Positions 20,119-29,801 of a DNA stretch of 64,000 bases are shown here, one piece after another (position 1 is the first letter of the stretch; every line of letters starts with the position of its first letter). The notes under the pieces were generated by a model that saw nothing but the letters and a program-made list of their open reading frames with translations, ran no database searches and was not told the origin of the DNA. The stretch spans positions 480,001 through 544,000 of the forward strand of contig CAXXTB010000001.1 of the NCBI GenBank assembly GCA_963676795.2, given 5' to 3'. The position numbers and the translations under genes were made by a program. This stretch comes from Geopsychrobacteraceae bacterium. GTDB taxonomy: Bacteria; Desulfobacterota; Desulfuromonadia; Desulfuromonadales; Geopsychrobacteraceae.

Positions 20119-21861
20119 GTGGTTGTGAATGACGCGGATAGCGTTCTTTGCTGTGAGAAGATCAGCAAAGAATTTGGCGTTGGCCAAGAGCGGAACATGG
20201 CGCTCCAGGAGCTGAGCTTTTCTTTGCAGCGTGGGGAAATCCTTGGCCTGGTCGGACCGGATGGAGCGGGCAAAACCACCTTGCTGAGGCTCATTGCCGG
20301 CCTGCTTCTGCCGACTTCCGGGTCGATTGAATTGCTGGGCAGGAAGCTGACCAGAGAGAATCTGGATCAGCAGCAGATCGGCTATATGCCTCAGCAGTTC
20401 GGCCTTTATCAGGATCTGACCGTTCAGGAAAACCTCAACTTTTACGCCGATTTGCAGAAACTCCCCTATCGGGAGCGCCACGACCGTTTTGCCCGGCTGC
20501 TGGAGATGACCGACCTTGCCCCCTTTACCGGGCGCAGGGCGGGGAAGCTGTCCGGTGGCATGAAGCAGAAGCTCGGCCTCGCCTGTTCGCTGATCAAATC
20601 TCCACCGCTGGTGCTGCTCGATGAGCCGACGGTCGGGGTCGATCCGGTTTCGCGTCGTGAACTGTGGCGGATTATCGATCAGCTGGTTGCCGAGGAGGGT
20701 GCCGCTGTCGTCGTATCGACCTCCTATCTCGACGAGGCCGAGCACTGTCAGCGGGTCCTGATGCTCCATCAGGGCGAGCTGCTTGCCTGTGGGCCGCCGT
20801 CTCGGTTCAGTGACGCGCTGAGCGGCAGGGTCTATCGCCTGACTCCGGAGGACGGGCAGGGGGCGCGGCATCTGCAGGGGGAGCTGCAGGGCCGCAGCGA
20901 GATTGTCGATATGACCATCCGTTCCGGGCAACTGCACCTGGTGCTTGATGAAGGGGTGGCTGCTGAGCAGCTTTTCTCCGGATTGGAGACGGTTCGTCGT
21001 GAAGAGCAGTGCCCAAATTTTGAAGATGCCTTCATGGCGATGATTCCGCGTAAGGACGAAGTGAGTGTTGTCGCTGGCAATGGTCAGGTGTCACAGTCAA
21101 AGGGGAGTCGAGATGATGTCATGGTACAGGCCCAGGATCTGATGAAGGTCTTTGGCGACTTTGTAGCGGTCAAAGGGATCAGCTTCGAGGTCAGACGGGG
21201 AGAAATCTTCGGTCTGCTCGGTCCCAATGGCGCCGGTAAGAGTACGACCTTCCGCATGCTTTGCGGACTCACTTCGGTCAGTGACGGTGAGGTTCGGGTT
21301 GACGGCCAGGACCTGCGCCGGGCCAGGGCCAGGGCGAGAGCCCACTTAGGCTACGTAGCGCAGATTTTTTCCATGTATCGTCAGCTGAGCGTTATTGATA
21401 ACCTGAAATTTTACGGCCAGGCCTACGGGCTCAGTGGCAGGCAGTTGCAGAGACGGCTTGACTGGGCGTTGGAGGAGTTCGATCTGGGGCGGCATCGCTT
21501 CCTGGCAGCAGGAGCCCTTCCCGGCGGTTACCGGCAGCGGCTGGCCATGGCGGTGGCTATGCTTCATGAGCCGGCCACCCTGTTCCTTGATGAGCCGACC
21601 TCGGGCGCAGATCCTCTGGCCCGTCGTGAATTCTGGCTGCGCATCAATGGTTTCGCCCGCCAGGGGGTGACCGTCATCGTCACCACTCATTTCATGGAAG
21701 AGGCTGAATTCTGCGACCGGATGCTGATCATGGCACATGGCAGTCAACTGGCCCAGGGGACGCCAGCTGAAATCCGCGCCCTGGCGAAAAGCGCGGAGAA
21801 TCCGACCCCGACCATCGAAGATGCCTTTGTCACATTGGCCCGTCATCAGGGGGGCGCATGA
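20119..21861 (+). CDS. ybhF: ABC transporter with two ATPase domains (YbhF-like)
   Basis: GPDGAGKT / LSGGMKQKL / DEPTVGVDP and GPNGAGKS / LPGGYRQRL / DEPTSGADP. Confidence 0.92.
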   Translation: MVVNDADSVLCCEKISKEFGVGQERNMALQELSFSLQRGEILGLVGPDGAGKTTLLRLIAGLLLPTSGSIELLGRKLTRENLDQQQIGYMPQQFGLYQDLTVQENLNFYADLQKLPYRERHDRFARLLEMTDLAPFTGRRAGKLSGGMKQKLGLACSLIKSPPLVLLDEPTVGVDPVSRRELWRIIDQLVAEEGAAVVVSTSYLDEAEHCQRVLMLHQGELLACGPPSRFSDALSGRVYRLTPEDGQGARHLQGELQGRSEIVDMTIRSGQLHLVLDEGVAAEQLFSGLETVRREEQCPNFEDAFMAMIPRKDEVSVVAGNGQVSQSKGSRDDVMVQAQDLMKVFGDFVAVKGISFEVRRGEIFGLLGPNGAGKSTTFRMLCGLTSVSDGEVRVDGQDLRRARARARAHLGYVAQIFSMYRQLSVIDNLKFYGQAYGLSGRQLQRRLDWALEEFDLGRHRFLAAGALPGGYRQRLAMAVAMLHEPATLFLDEPTSGADPLARREFWLRINGFARQGVTVIVTTHFMEEAEFCDRMLIMAHGSQLAQGTPAEIRALAKSAENPTPTIEDAFVTLARHQGGA

Positions 21862-22985
21862 CCGGCTTATCTCTGATGCGTCTGAAGGGGCTGTTGGTCA
21901 AGGAGACCCTGCAGATTATCCGTGACCCGAGCAGTATCCTGCTTGCCCTGGTGCTGCCGGTGACCCTGCTTTTTCTGTTCGGATACGGCGTATCACTTAA
22001 TCCGCTTAAGGTACCGATTGCCCTGGTTATCGATAACCATGATTCTCAGGCCAGGGACCTGCTGGCGCGCTTTGAACTGTCCCCCTATTTTGAGGTGCAG
22101 CAGGTCAACAGCACGACCAGCGCTGAAGGGCTGCTCGAGCGTGGCGAGGTGGAGGGATTTGTCCATTTGCAGGATGATTTTTCCAGGCGGCTGCAGCAAC
22201 AGGATCTGAATGTGCAGATTGTTGTCAACGGGATTGACGCCAACCGGGCCAGGTTGATCCAGAACTACGCAAACGGGGCGATCAATATCTGGCTTCAGCA
22301 ACTTGTGGCCCGCGGTGAACTGAGCATCAATCCCGGCGTAACGGTCGTTTCCCAGACCCGCTTCAATCGCAGCAACGAAAGTCGCTATTTTCTTGTTCCC
22401 GGGCTGATTGCCATGATCATGACCCTGACCGGGACCCTGCTGACGGCGCTGGTGATTGCCCGGGAATGGGAACGCGGCACCATGGAGGCAATCCTGGCGA
22501 CGCCGCTCAACCTGACGGAGCTGCTGCTGGCCAAATTGATTCCCTACTTTGTCCTCGGGATGCTCGGCATGCTGCTGGCGGTCGCTGGCGGCTGCCTGGT
22601 TTTTGCCGTACCGCTGCGCGGGTCACTGTTGCTGCTTGCCCTGTTCAGTGCGATTTTCCTGCTGGCAACCCTCGGATTTGGCCTGTTCGTCTCAGCCGCG
22701 ACCCGGATTCAGTTTGTCTCGGCGCAGATTGCCGTGCTGGCCGGATTTCTGCCCGCGGTCTTTCTGTCAGGACTGATCTTCGATCTGGAAAGTACCCCAC
22801 GCGTCATTCAGCTGGCCAGCCACCTGATTCCGGCACGCTACTTTATCGAGATCAGCCACACCCTGTTTCTGGCTGGCAATATCACTTCGATTCTCTGGCC
22901 AGCCGCCGCTGTATTGGTGTTTATGGCTATATTGCTGCTGTTTCTGGCCCATAGGAAGCTGAGTAAACAGTTGGAGTCACGATGA
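21858..22985 (+). CDS. ybhS: ABC-2 permease (YbhS-like)
   Basis: KETLQIIRDPSS, LFGYG, AREWERGTMEA. Confidence 0.9.
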   Translation: MTGLSLMRLKGLLVKETLQIIRDPSSILLALVLPVTLLFLFGYGVSLNPLKVPIALVIDNHDSQARDLLARFELSPYFEVQQVNSTTSAEGLLERGEVEGFVHLQDDFSRRLQQQDLNVQIVVNGIDANRARLIQNYANGAINIWLQQLVARGELSINPGVTVVSQTRFNRSNESRYFLVPGLIAMIMTLTGTLLTALVIAREWERGTMEAILATPLNLTELLLAKLIPYFVLGMLGMLLAVAGGCLVFAVPLRGSLLLLALFSAIFLLATLGFGLFVSAATRIQFVSAQIAVLAGFLPAVFLSGLIFDLESTPRVIQLASHLIPARYFIEISHTLFLAGNITSILWPAAAVLVFMAILLLFLAHRKLSKQLESR

Positions 22986-24100
22986 AAGTACTCAGGCGCA
23001 TCATCGCCCTGATCATCAAAGAGCTGAAGATGATCATGAGCGATCCTAAGAGCCGCTTTGTGGTGATCGGGCCGCCGTTGATCCAGTTTTTTCTGTTTGG
23101 CTACGCAGCGACATTCGATGTGACCCAGGTCCGCTATGCGGTTTACGATCAGGCGCGAACCAGTGAGTCGCGTCAGCTGCTGGCCGATTTTTCCGCCAGT
23201 GACAGTTTCGAACTGGTGGCTGTGCTGGATGGCCTCCAGCAAATCGACGAGACGATCGATCAGGGCCGGGCCCGGTTGATCATTCATATCCCGGCCGATT
23301 TCAGTGAGAAGCTCAATCGAGGAAGCGGGGCTGAAATCCAGGTCATCGCCGACGGGCGCAATTCCAACGTGGCAGCGATTGCGACCAGCTATGTGATCGA
23401 TATCGTCAATCGTTTTAACCAGGAGTGGCTGATTCAGAATGCGCCGGAAACGGCGGTCAGGCTGAACATCGAGCAGCGGGCCTGGTTCAATTCCAACCTG
23501 CTCAGCCGCTGGTTCGTCGTCGCGCCGCTCGGAGGGACCATCTGTATGGTCGTGGTGATGATCCTGACCAGTCTGTCGGTGGCCCGTGAGCGCGAGTTCG
23601 GCACCTTCGATCAGCTGCTGGTCGCGCCCTTTACGCCGGGGGAGATTCTGCTCGCCAAGTCGATTCCGGGGATTCTCTTCGGTCTGGCCGATTCCCTGGT
23701 GCTGGCTGCCGCCAGCGTCTGGTGGTTCGGCGTGCCGTTTCGCGGCAGCATTGCGGCACTGGTCCTTGAGCTGCTGTTCTTCATGGTCTCGATCGTCGGT
23801 GTCGGCCTGCTGGTTTCGTCCCTGTCGATGACCATGCAGCAGGCATTGCTCGGTTCTTTCATCGTGATGATGCCGGCGGTCATTCTTTCCGGTTTTGTCA
23901 CACCGATCGAAAACATGCCCGACTGGTTGCAGACCGGCACTCTGATCAACCCATTGCGCTATGTTGTCCTGGCCTTGCGCGAGATTTTTCTCGAGGGCGC
24001 AGGGCTGCAGCAGGTCTGGCCTCAGCTCTGGCCGTTGTTCGTCATCTCGTGCGTGACCCTGCCGCCAGCGGCCTGGTTGTTCAGGCACCGGGCGGGGTAG
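22982..24100 (+). CDS. ybhR: ABC-2 permease (YbhR-like)
   Basis: LFGYAATFDV, DGRNSN, AREREFGTFDQLLV, PIENMPDWLQ. Confidence 0.9.
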   Translation: MKVLRRIIALIIKELKMIMSDPKSRFVVIGPPLIQFFLFGYAATFDVTQVRYAVYDQARTSESRQLLADFSASDSFELVAVLDGLQQIDETIDQGRARLIIHIPADFSEKLNRGSGAEIQVIADGRNSNVAAIATSYVIDIVNRFNQEWLIQNAPETAVRLNIEQRAWFNSNLLSRWFVVAPLGGTICMVVVMILTSLSVAREREFGTFDQLLVAPFTPGEILLAKSIPGILFGLADSLVLAAASVWWFGVPFRGSIAALVLELLFFMVSIVGVGLLVSSLSMTMQQALLGSFIVMMPAVILSGFVTPIENMPDWLQTGTLINPLRYVVLALREIFLEGAGLQQVWPQLWPLFVISCVTLPPAAWLFRHRAG

Positions 24101-24126
24101 TGAGAGACAAGATAGCTAAGACCAAA

Positions 24127-24335
24127 GTCGCAGGGTCGCGCCCCCGCACGGCGCCTGACTTTTTGGCCAGAGCCCCAAAAAGTCAGCAAAAATGGCTCTT
24201 GAAATATGTCGGTCGTGTTTCTGCGTCTCTGCGTCGCAACCTACCAGCCAAACGCCTGGCGCCCCAAGATGAGCAAGCTCATCAACGGGCAGAACCGGAA
24301 CAACTCCGCTTGGCGGAGTTGTGATCAAAACCGGT
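24127..24335. other. Multi-hairpin intergenic element with pseudoknot potential (REP/MITE-like or ncRNA)
   Basis: 12-bp stem CTGACTTTTTGG/CCAAAAAGTCAG whose loop AGAGCC complements downstream GGCTCT; further hairpins GATGAGC/GCTCATC and ACAACTCCGC/GCGGAGTTGT; between convergent genes. Confidence 0.45.
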
Positions 24336-25004
24336 TTAAGCCCTCACAATCCGCCCATCATCAATCTCTATCGAACGCCTGGCAAGCCTTGCATAGGATG
24401 GATCATGGGTGACCATGACAACGGCCATCCCTTCAGTGTTCAATTCCGTCAGTAGCTGCATGATCTGCTCGCCCGTTTTTTTGTCCAGACTCCCGGTCGG
24501 CTCGTCGGCAAACAGGACTTTAGACGACTTGACCAGTGCCCGGGCGATGGCGACCCTCTGCTGTTCGCCGCCGGAGAGTTGCCCCGGCAAACGATCTGCT
24601 TTATCGGCCAGTCCGACTCGCGCCAGACAGTCACGGGTTTTTTCAAGGGCTGCTTTGTTGACCGGTCGGAACGATTTCATGTACGGAAGCAGTGCGTTCT
24701 CGAGAACCGTCAGATAGGGAAGCAGATGGTGAAACTGGAAAATGACGGAAAAATCGCTTTGCCTGAGCTGGTTCAGGTGCTTTTCAGGCAACCTGCGGAG
24801 ATCTTTTTCGAGGTAACTGAGTTCTCCTTCGTCAGGCTGAACCAGGGTGGAGAGGACGTTGAGCAGGGTGCTCTTGCCCGAGCCTGAGCGGCCGACGATT
24901 GAGGCAAACTCTCCCTGTTTGATATCGACAGAGACCCCTTTGAGGACCTTGACCTGCTGGCCGACGGCGACAAAACTTTTTTCGATATTTCTGGCTGAAA
25001 TCAT
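24336..25004 (-). CDS. ABC transporter ATPase (LolD/MacB type)
   Basis: GRSGSGKST, LSGGEQQRVAIARA, FADEPTGSLD. Confidence 0.93.
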   Translation of the reverse strand: MISARNIEKSFVAVGQQVKVLKGVSVDIKQGEFASIVGRSGSGKSTLLNVLSTLVQPDEGELSYLEKDLRRLPEKHLNQLRQSDFSVIFQFHHLLPYLTVLENALLPYMKSFRPVNKAALEKTRDCLARVGLADKADRLPGQLSGGEQQRVAIARALVKSSKVLFADEPTGSLDKKTGEQIMQLLTELNTEGMAVVMVTHDPSYARLARRSIEIDDGRIVRA

Positions 25005-25016
25005 ATTTCCTCCTCT

Positions 25017-26180
25017 TCAGAGTGCCACAAGAACGCGAGAAGGTTCGACCCGGGAGCCTTTCCAGGCCGGGTAAAAGGCCGCGATGACGGTAATCAGGGC
25101 AAAAGTCACGATCGTTGTTAGAAGCTGGAGCAGGGAGAATGGCGGCATCGTTCCCTCGGCCAGCTTGAGCAGTTCAAGAACCCGGTAGCTGGCGGCAAAA
25201 CCTCCCAGATATCCGACCAGCCCGGCCGCCGCGCCGATAACTCCGGCTTCAATGCAGAAGATGATGAAAATCTGGGACTTGCCATAGCCCAGGGAGCGCA
25301 GAATGCCGATATCCTTTTTTCGTTCGTTGACGGCCGAAAGCATCGACAGGCCGACCATGCAGGTGGCGGTCACCAGGATGATCAGGCTGACGGTGAGAGC
25401 CAGTTGCTGGACGAAATGGACTGAAGCCATCCGTTGATTGACGACATTTTGCAGAGCGGTGACCTCTGAATCGGGCAACGCAGCCTGGATCTCGGCGACA
25501 ATGTCTTCGATCGGGCAACCGGCACAGAGGGCAGACACCTCGACAAAACTTGCTGCATCTTCGCGTCCCAGCATTTGCTGCAGGAACGGTAGGCCGATAA
25601 ACAGAACGTTGTCGTCATCGCCGCCTGTTTCGTAGAGCGTTGCCGCAACGGTGAAGTTGCGATCCATCAGCGAGACAACGTCCCCCGTTTTGATATTCAG
25701 TTGTTCAGCCGCCCGGCTGCCGATCAGCAGTTCACCGTCACGCGCTGCGAAATCGCCGTCAGTTGCCCAGTAGCTTTTGATCTTCAGTTCTTCGTCCCAG
25801 TTGATCCCGACCAGGGCGACAGCATGCTCCTTGAGACTTGTCATGGTCACCAGTTTTGGTGCTACCGCACTGATCCTGTCTTTGAGTTCAATTCCCCGGA
25901 CGGATTCGACGGTCTGCCGCTCCTCCATATCCTTGACATCGAAAAGCATGTCGCCCATATGAAAGCCGCCATAGCTTAGACTGAGCGTCTCTGTTTTGGG
26001 GGAGATGACGATATTGGCGCCAAACGCGGTCAGTTTCTTTTCCAGGCTTTCGCCGACGACCTTGGAAACCTCATAGAGGGTGACGATCGACATCACCCCA
26101 AGGCTGAAGACAAAGAACAGCAGGAGGATCTTGGACGGTCGGCGGCGCACGTTTCTCAGCGGAATGGTAAAGATGTTCAT
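25017..26180 (-). CDS. ABC permease (MacB-PCD/FtsX type) with periplasmic CxxC
   Basis: GANIVISP, periplasmic SALCAGCPIE, VNERKKDIGILRSLG, 4-TM layout. Confidence 0.88.
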   Translation of the reverse strand: MNIFTIPLRNVRRRPSKILLLFFVFSLGVMSIVTLYEVSKVVGESLEKKLTAFGANIVISPKTETLSLSYGGFHMGDMLFDVKDMEERQTVESVRGIELKDRISAVAPKLVTMTSLKEHAVALVGINWDEELKIKSYWATDGDFAARDGELLIGSRAAEQLNIKTGDVVSLMDRNFTVAATLYETGGDDDNVLFIGLPFLQQMLGREDAASFVEVSALCAGCPIEDIVAEIQAALPDSEVTALQNVVNQRMASVHFVQQLALTVSLIILVTATCMVGLSMLSAVNERKKDIGILRSLGYGKSQIFIIFCIEAGVIGAAAGLVGYLGGFAASYRVLELLKLAEGTMPPFSLLQLLTTIVTFALITVIAAFYPAWKGSRVEPSRVLVAL

Positions 26181-26189
26181 CCTCTCCTC

Positions 26190-26651
26190 CTAGAAGTAGC
26201 GGGCACCGGCAAGGATGTCACTTTCCTTAATGACAAGCTGCTTTTTCACGGTTGCTCGTTGTAACGGGGCCGGGTTGCAGCCACCTTCGACAACATTGAT
26301 CTGGGTGCTGTGAAAGCGTCGTCCGCAATTGTTGCAGACCATAAAGTCACCATCCTGACTGTAGCCTTTCTTGGCCGGATAACAGACGTCACAGGCATCA
26401 AAGGCAGCCCTGATCACGCCATCACGGCTCTTGAGAACAAAGAATTTGATGTCATGGTCGTGGCCTTTCAAAACGTAGTAATGTGCCTTGCCGTCATTGA
26501 CATCGGCAACAGGGATGCTGACGATGCCATCGATCACTTTAACGGGAGTATATTGGCTGAAGAGTCCGAAAACGGCATGGCTCGACTGTGAAAAGGTCAA
26601 GATCGAGAAAAGGCTGACAACAAGACAAGCAAACAGAGCTTTTTTATACAT
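26190..26651 (-). CDS. DUF2318-like exported Cys-rich (Fe-S/metal-binding) protein
   Basis: Signal peptide from ATG 26651; AFDACDVC, GY.Q.G..MVCNNCG and GGCNP motifs. Confidence 0.82.
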   Translation of the reverse strand: MYKKALFACLVVSLFSILTFSQSSHAVFGLFSQYTPVKVIDGIVSIPVADVNDGKAHYYVLKGHDHDIKFFVLKSRDGVIRAAFDACDVCYPAKKGYSQDGDFMVCNNCGRRFHSTQINVVEGGCNPAPLQRATVKKQLVIKESDILAGARYF

Positions 26652-26742
26652 ATAGGTACCCTCAATATAGATAGAGAACGACCTGCACAGTTTAAAACTG
26701 CGCACGAACTTTGGAGTTCTGTCCTAAAATCGAAAGGGGCAA

Positions 26743-27144
26743 TTAATTCAGATAGACGCAATGCCGTTTATAGACGGGAATGGGAGGATCGGGGTCCGGC
26801 AACTGTCTGAAAGACGAAGGTTGAGACGGTGCCCGAGGGGCATATACAACCGGAGCCGGTGAAAAAGCCGCTGTAACCGGAGTGTTTTGGCTGAGTGGAG
26901 AAGACGCGATGGCGTCAAGAGCGGTTTTCCCCATCGCGCAGATCGTATCTGTCTGAACGGGAGCCATGTCATGATTGGCAGCCCCCATGTCTGTGGCCAT
27001 CGTTTTGGCACAACAGGATGCCTCAACGGTCTGACTGTGGTGATGGCAGCTGACCGGACAGTTATCGATTGCAGTGGCCGTACCTGTGATCCCTATGATG
27101 ATGAGTAAGGTCAGGGCCAAAATTTTTCGCAGCATGTCCGCCAT
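26743..27144 (-). CDS. Exported His/Cys-rich small protein leading the DUF2318-ABC operon
   Basis: Hydrophobic N-terminus, CPVSCHHH..CC, Met/His-rich middle, Pro-rich tail ending PPIPVYKRHCVYLN. Confidence 0.6.
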   Translation of the reverse strand: MADMLRKILALTLLIIIGITGTATAIDNCPVSCHHHSQTVEASCCAKTMATDMGAANHDMAPVQTDTICAMGKTALDAIASSPLSQNTPVTAAFSPAPVVYAPRAPSQPSSFRQLPDPDPPIPVYKRHCVYLN

Positions 27145-27435
27145 TCTTATCTCTTCTTAAGCAGCACAGATGCATGATCGCGACGATCCTGAAAGCTTTC
27201 TTGATTGATAAAGTAAGGAACTCTTCTGGAGTAAGTCAATGAAAATTTATCGAAGCAGTCGGGTTTATGGCAGTCCGGAGTTAGAAGCGCCGTCTGTGAT
27301 GAGTGGTAATTTTGCGTAGCAAATCATGCCGTCTACTGCTTTTTATTATTGTTCAGGATGTTATTTCGATTTAGAAACAAAGTCTTGACCTTTGCTATTA
27401 TCCAAATAGCTCTCCCTTACAGAAGGATTCTCAGC

Positions 27436-28587
27436 GTGACTCTCCATACATTCAAAAAGAAAGAAGTTTTTGCCCTCTCCTTCGCCCATCTTGCTCACGA
27501 TATGTTTTCGGCGATTCTGCCTCCGCTGTTGCCACTGTTGATCGCCAAGCTGGGGCTTTCGTTGTCGATGACCGCTTTTCTTGACATTATCCGGCGGATC
27601 CCGGCACTCCTTAACCCTTTTCTGGGGGTTCTGGTCGAGCGGACCGGCAGCCGCTATATCGTTATTCTGACTCCGGCCGTAACGGCGATCAGTATGGGTT
27701 TTGTCGGTCTGGCAAATTCAACGGCGGTGCTCTTCATTCTGCTTTTTATCGCCGGGGTTTCGGCGGCGCTGTTTCATGTGCCCTCACCAGTGATGGTCAA
27801 GGATGTCTCCGGAAATCGGGTCGGGACGGGGATGAGTTTTTTCATGGTCGGGGGTGAGCTGGCCAGGACCCTGGGGCCGATGATGGTCATTGCCGCCGTG
27901 TCGGCCTGGGGGCTGGAGGGGATCTACCGGCTGATTCCGCTCGGTCTGTTCTCCTCCTTTATTCTCTATCTCAAGCTGCGCAATTACCAGCCGCCGCAAC
28001 GCCAGGTCAGAAAAAAGGAGAAGGGGGATACCCAGCGGGTTCTCAAGGAACAGCGCCTGTTTCTTTCAGCGCTGGCCGGGTTCATCCTGTTTCAGTCGGT
28101 CGCCAAGAGTTCTCTGACCCTGTTTCTGCCGGTCTACCTGATGGAGCAGGGGGGCTCGCTCTGGTATGCCGGGATCTCCCTGTCGGTACTGCAGTTCTTC
28201 GGCGTGGTCGGGACCTTCTGTGCCGGCAACATCTCGGACCGGATCGGCCGGCGTAACACCCTGCTGGTTTCCAGTATTGCCACGGTTGTTTTCATGGGGT
28301 TGTTTGTCTGGACCAACAATATCGTTTTGCTCGCTGCACTCGGTCTGGTGCTGTTCGCCTCCGGCCCGGTGCTGCTGGCCAGAACCCAGGATACCGGGAC
28401 CAGGATGCCGACCTTTATGAACAGCATGTACATGTTCATCAACTTCGGGGTCAGCTCGGTTGCGGTCTTCTGTGTCGGTCTGCTGGGCGATGGTCTGGGG
28501 CTGTCACAGACTTACATTATTGCAGCAGTACTCAGTATCATGACGATTCCGATGGCCTGGCTGGTGACAGTAAAGTGTAAAGCGTAA
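27436..28587 (+). CDS. MFS transporter (Fsr/fosmidomycin-resistance-like)
   Basis: HLAHD, ALFHVP, G.GMSFFMVGGEL, SDRIGRR; about 12 TM; GTG start 27436 preferred. Confidence 0.88.
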   Translation: MTLHTFKKKEVFALSFAHLAHDMFSAILPPLLPLLIAKLGLSLSMTAFLDIIRRIPALLNPFLGVLVERTGSRYIVILTPAVTAISMGFVGLANSTAVLFILLFIAGVSAALFHVPSPVMVKDVSGNRVGTGMSFFMVGGELARTLGPMMVIAAVSAWGLEGIYRLIPLGLFSSFILYLKLRNYQPPQRQVRKKEKGDTQRVLKEQRLFLSALAGFILFQSVAKSSLTLFLPVYLMEQGGSLWYAGISLSVLQFFGVVGTFCAGNISDRIGRRNTLLVSSIATVVFMGLFVWTNNIVLLAALGLVLFASGPVLLARTQDTGTRMPTFMNSMYMFINFGVSSVAVFCVGLLGDGLGLSQTYIIAAVLSIMTIPMAWLVTVKCKA

Positions 28588-28599
28588 ATCGTGAAGCGG

Positions 28600-29586
28600 C
28601 TACAGCTGGAGAGGTGGTTCCTGCAGGATTGACAGCTGTTCGCGCAGTTCGAGGATGTGTTCCCCCCAGTATTGCGGTGTGTCGAACCAGGAGAAGGCGC
28701 GTTTGAATGCCGGGTCGTCCCAGCGTCTGGCCAACCAGGCGGTGTAGTTGATCATGCGCAGGCTGCGCAAGGGTTCGATCAGGCGCAGTTCCGCCGGATT
28801 GAAGTCATGGAACTGGCTGTAGGCGTTGATGATGGTATCGAGCTGGCGCTGTTGCTGCTGGCTGTCACCGGAGAGCAGCATCCACAGATCCTGAACGGCC
28901 GGGGCCATGACGCTGTCATCGAAATCGACGAAGTGGGGCGCATCGTCGCGCCAGAGCATGTTGCCGTTGTGGCAGTCGCCGTGGGTGCGGATGTAGCGCA
29001 GCGGTTCTACTTCGGCAAAGCGCTGTTCGATCAGGGCAATCAGCTCGCGGCAGACACTGCTGTAGGCCTGGGCGTAGTCGGCAGGGATGAAGCGCTCTTT
29101 GATCAGGGTGATGGTTTCCAGGTCGATGCTCTGGGCATTCAGGGTTTTGCGCTGACGGAATTTACTGCGGGCGCCGACGGCATGAATGCGGCCGATCAGG
29201 CGGCCGATGATGGCCAGGTGTTGTTCATTGTCGAGCTCTGGAGAGTGCCCCCCCTTGCGCGGCGAGAGGCTGAAGTAGAAGTCTCTGAAACAATGCAGGG
29301 TTTCTCCCGCATCGCTGGCCAGCGGCGGGACGACCGGCAGCTCATGATCGGCCAGTTCACGGGTGAACTGATGCTCTTCGAGAATCTGTTTCTTGTTCCA
29401 GCGGCCCGGGCGGTAGAACTTGGCGATCAGCGGCTGGGCCTCTTCGATGCCGACCTGGTAGACGCGGTTTTCATAGCTGTTGAGCGGCAGAATCCGGTAG
29501 TCGCAGCGATAGCCGAGCGATTCGACCGCATCCATGATGAAGTCGGGGGTCAGGCGGTCAAACGGGTGGCTGTTCGGCTGTGTCAT
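28600..29586 (-). CDS. srkA: Stress-response Ser/Thr kinase SrkA (RdoA/YihE)
   Basis: LNSYENRVY, KFYRPGRW, HGDCH.GN, VDFDD, RRWDDPAF. Confidence 0.95.
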   Translation of the reverse strand: MTQPNSHPFDRLTPDFIMDAVESLGYRCDYRILPLNSYENRVYQVGIEEAQPLIAKFYRPGRWNKKQILEEHQFTRELADHELPVVPPLASDAGETLHCFRDFYFSLSPRKGGHSPELDNEQHLAIIGRLIGRIHAVGARSKFRQRKTLNAQSIDLETITLIKERFIPADYAQAYSSVCRELIALIEQRFAEVEPLRYIRTHGDCHNGNMLWRDDAPHFVDFDDSVMAPAVQDLWMLLSGDSQQQQRQLDTIINAYSQFHDFNPAELRLIEPLRSLRMINYTAWLARRWDDPAFKRAFSWFDTPQYWGEHILELREQLSILQEPPLQL

Positions 29587-29801
29587 ACAAGTCCTCGCTG
29601 GCAGAAAATAGCCTCATTCAATCGTTCAACTATCATTCGAATGCCAGCGATTTGCAAGCAAAGATTGGTCATGTCCCGTACCGCGAGGAAATGCAGAGAC
29701 GGAATCTTTAGTTTTTTTAAATTGGCCTATGCTAATCATGATCGATGATGTATCATGGTCCTGCTGTCATCTCCATTGCCGGCGACAGCGGGGAGCTGAA
29801 A

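Noticed and set aside
27200..27240. MerR/CueR-type promoter for the DUF2318 operon
   Set aside because: TTGACT is present, but the spacer is 17-18 nt and the dyad is weak
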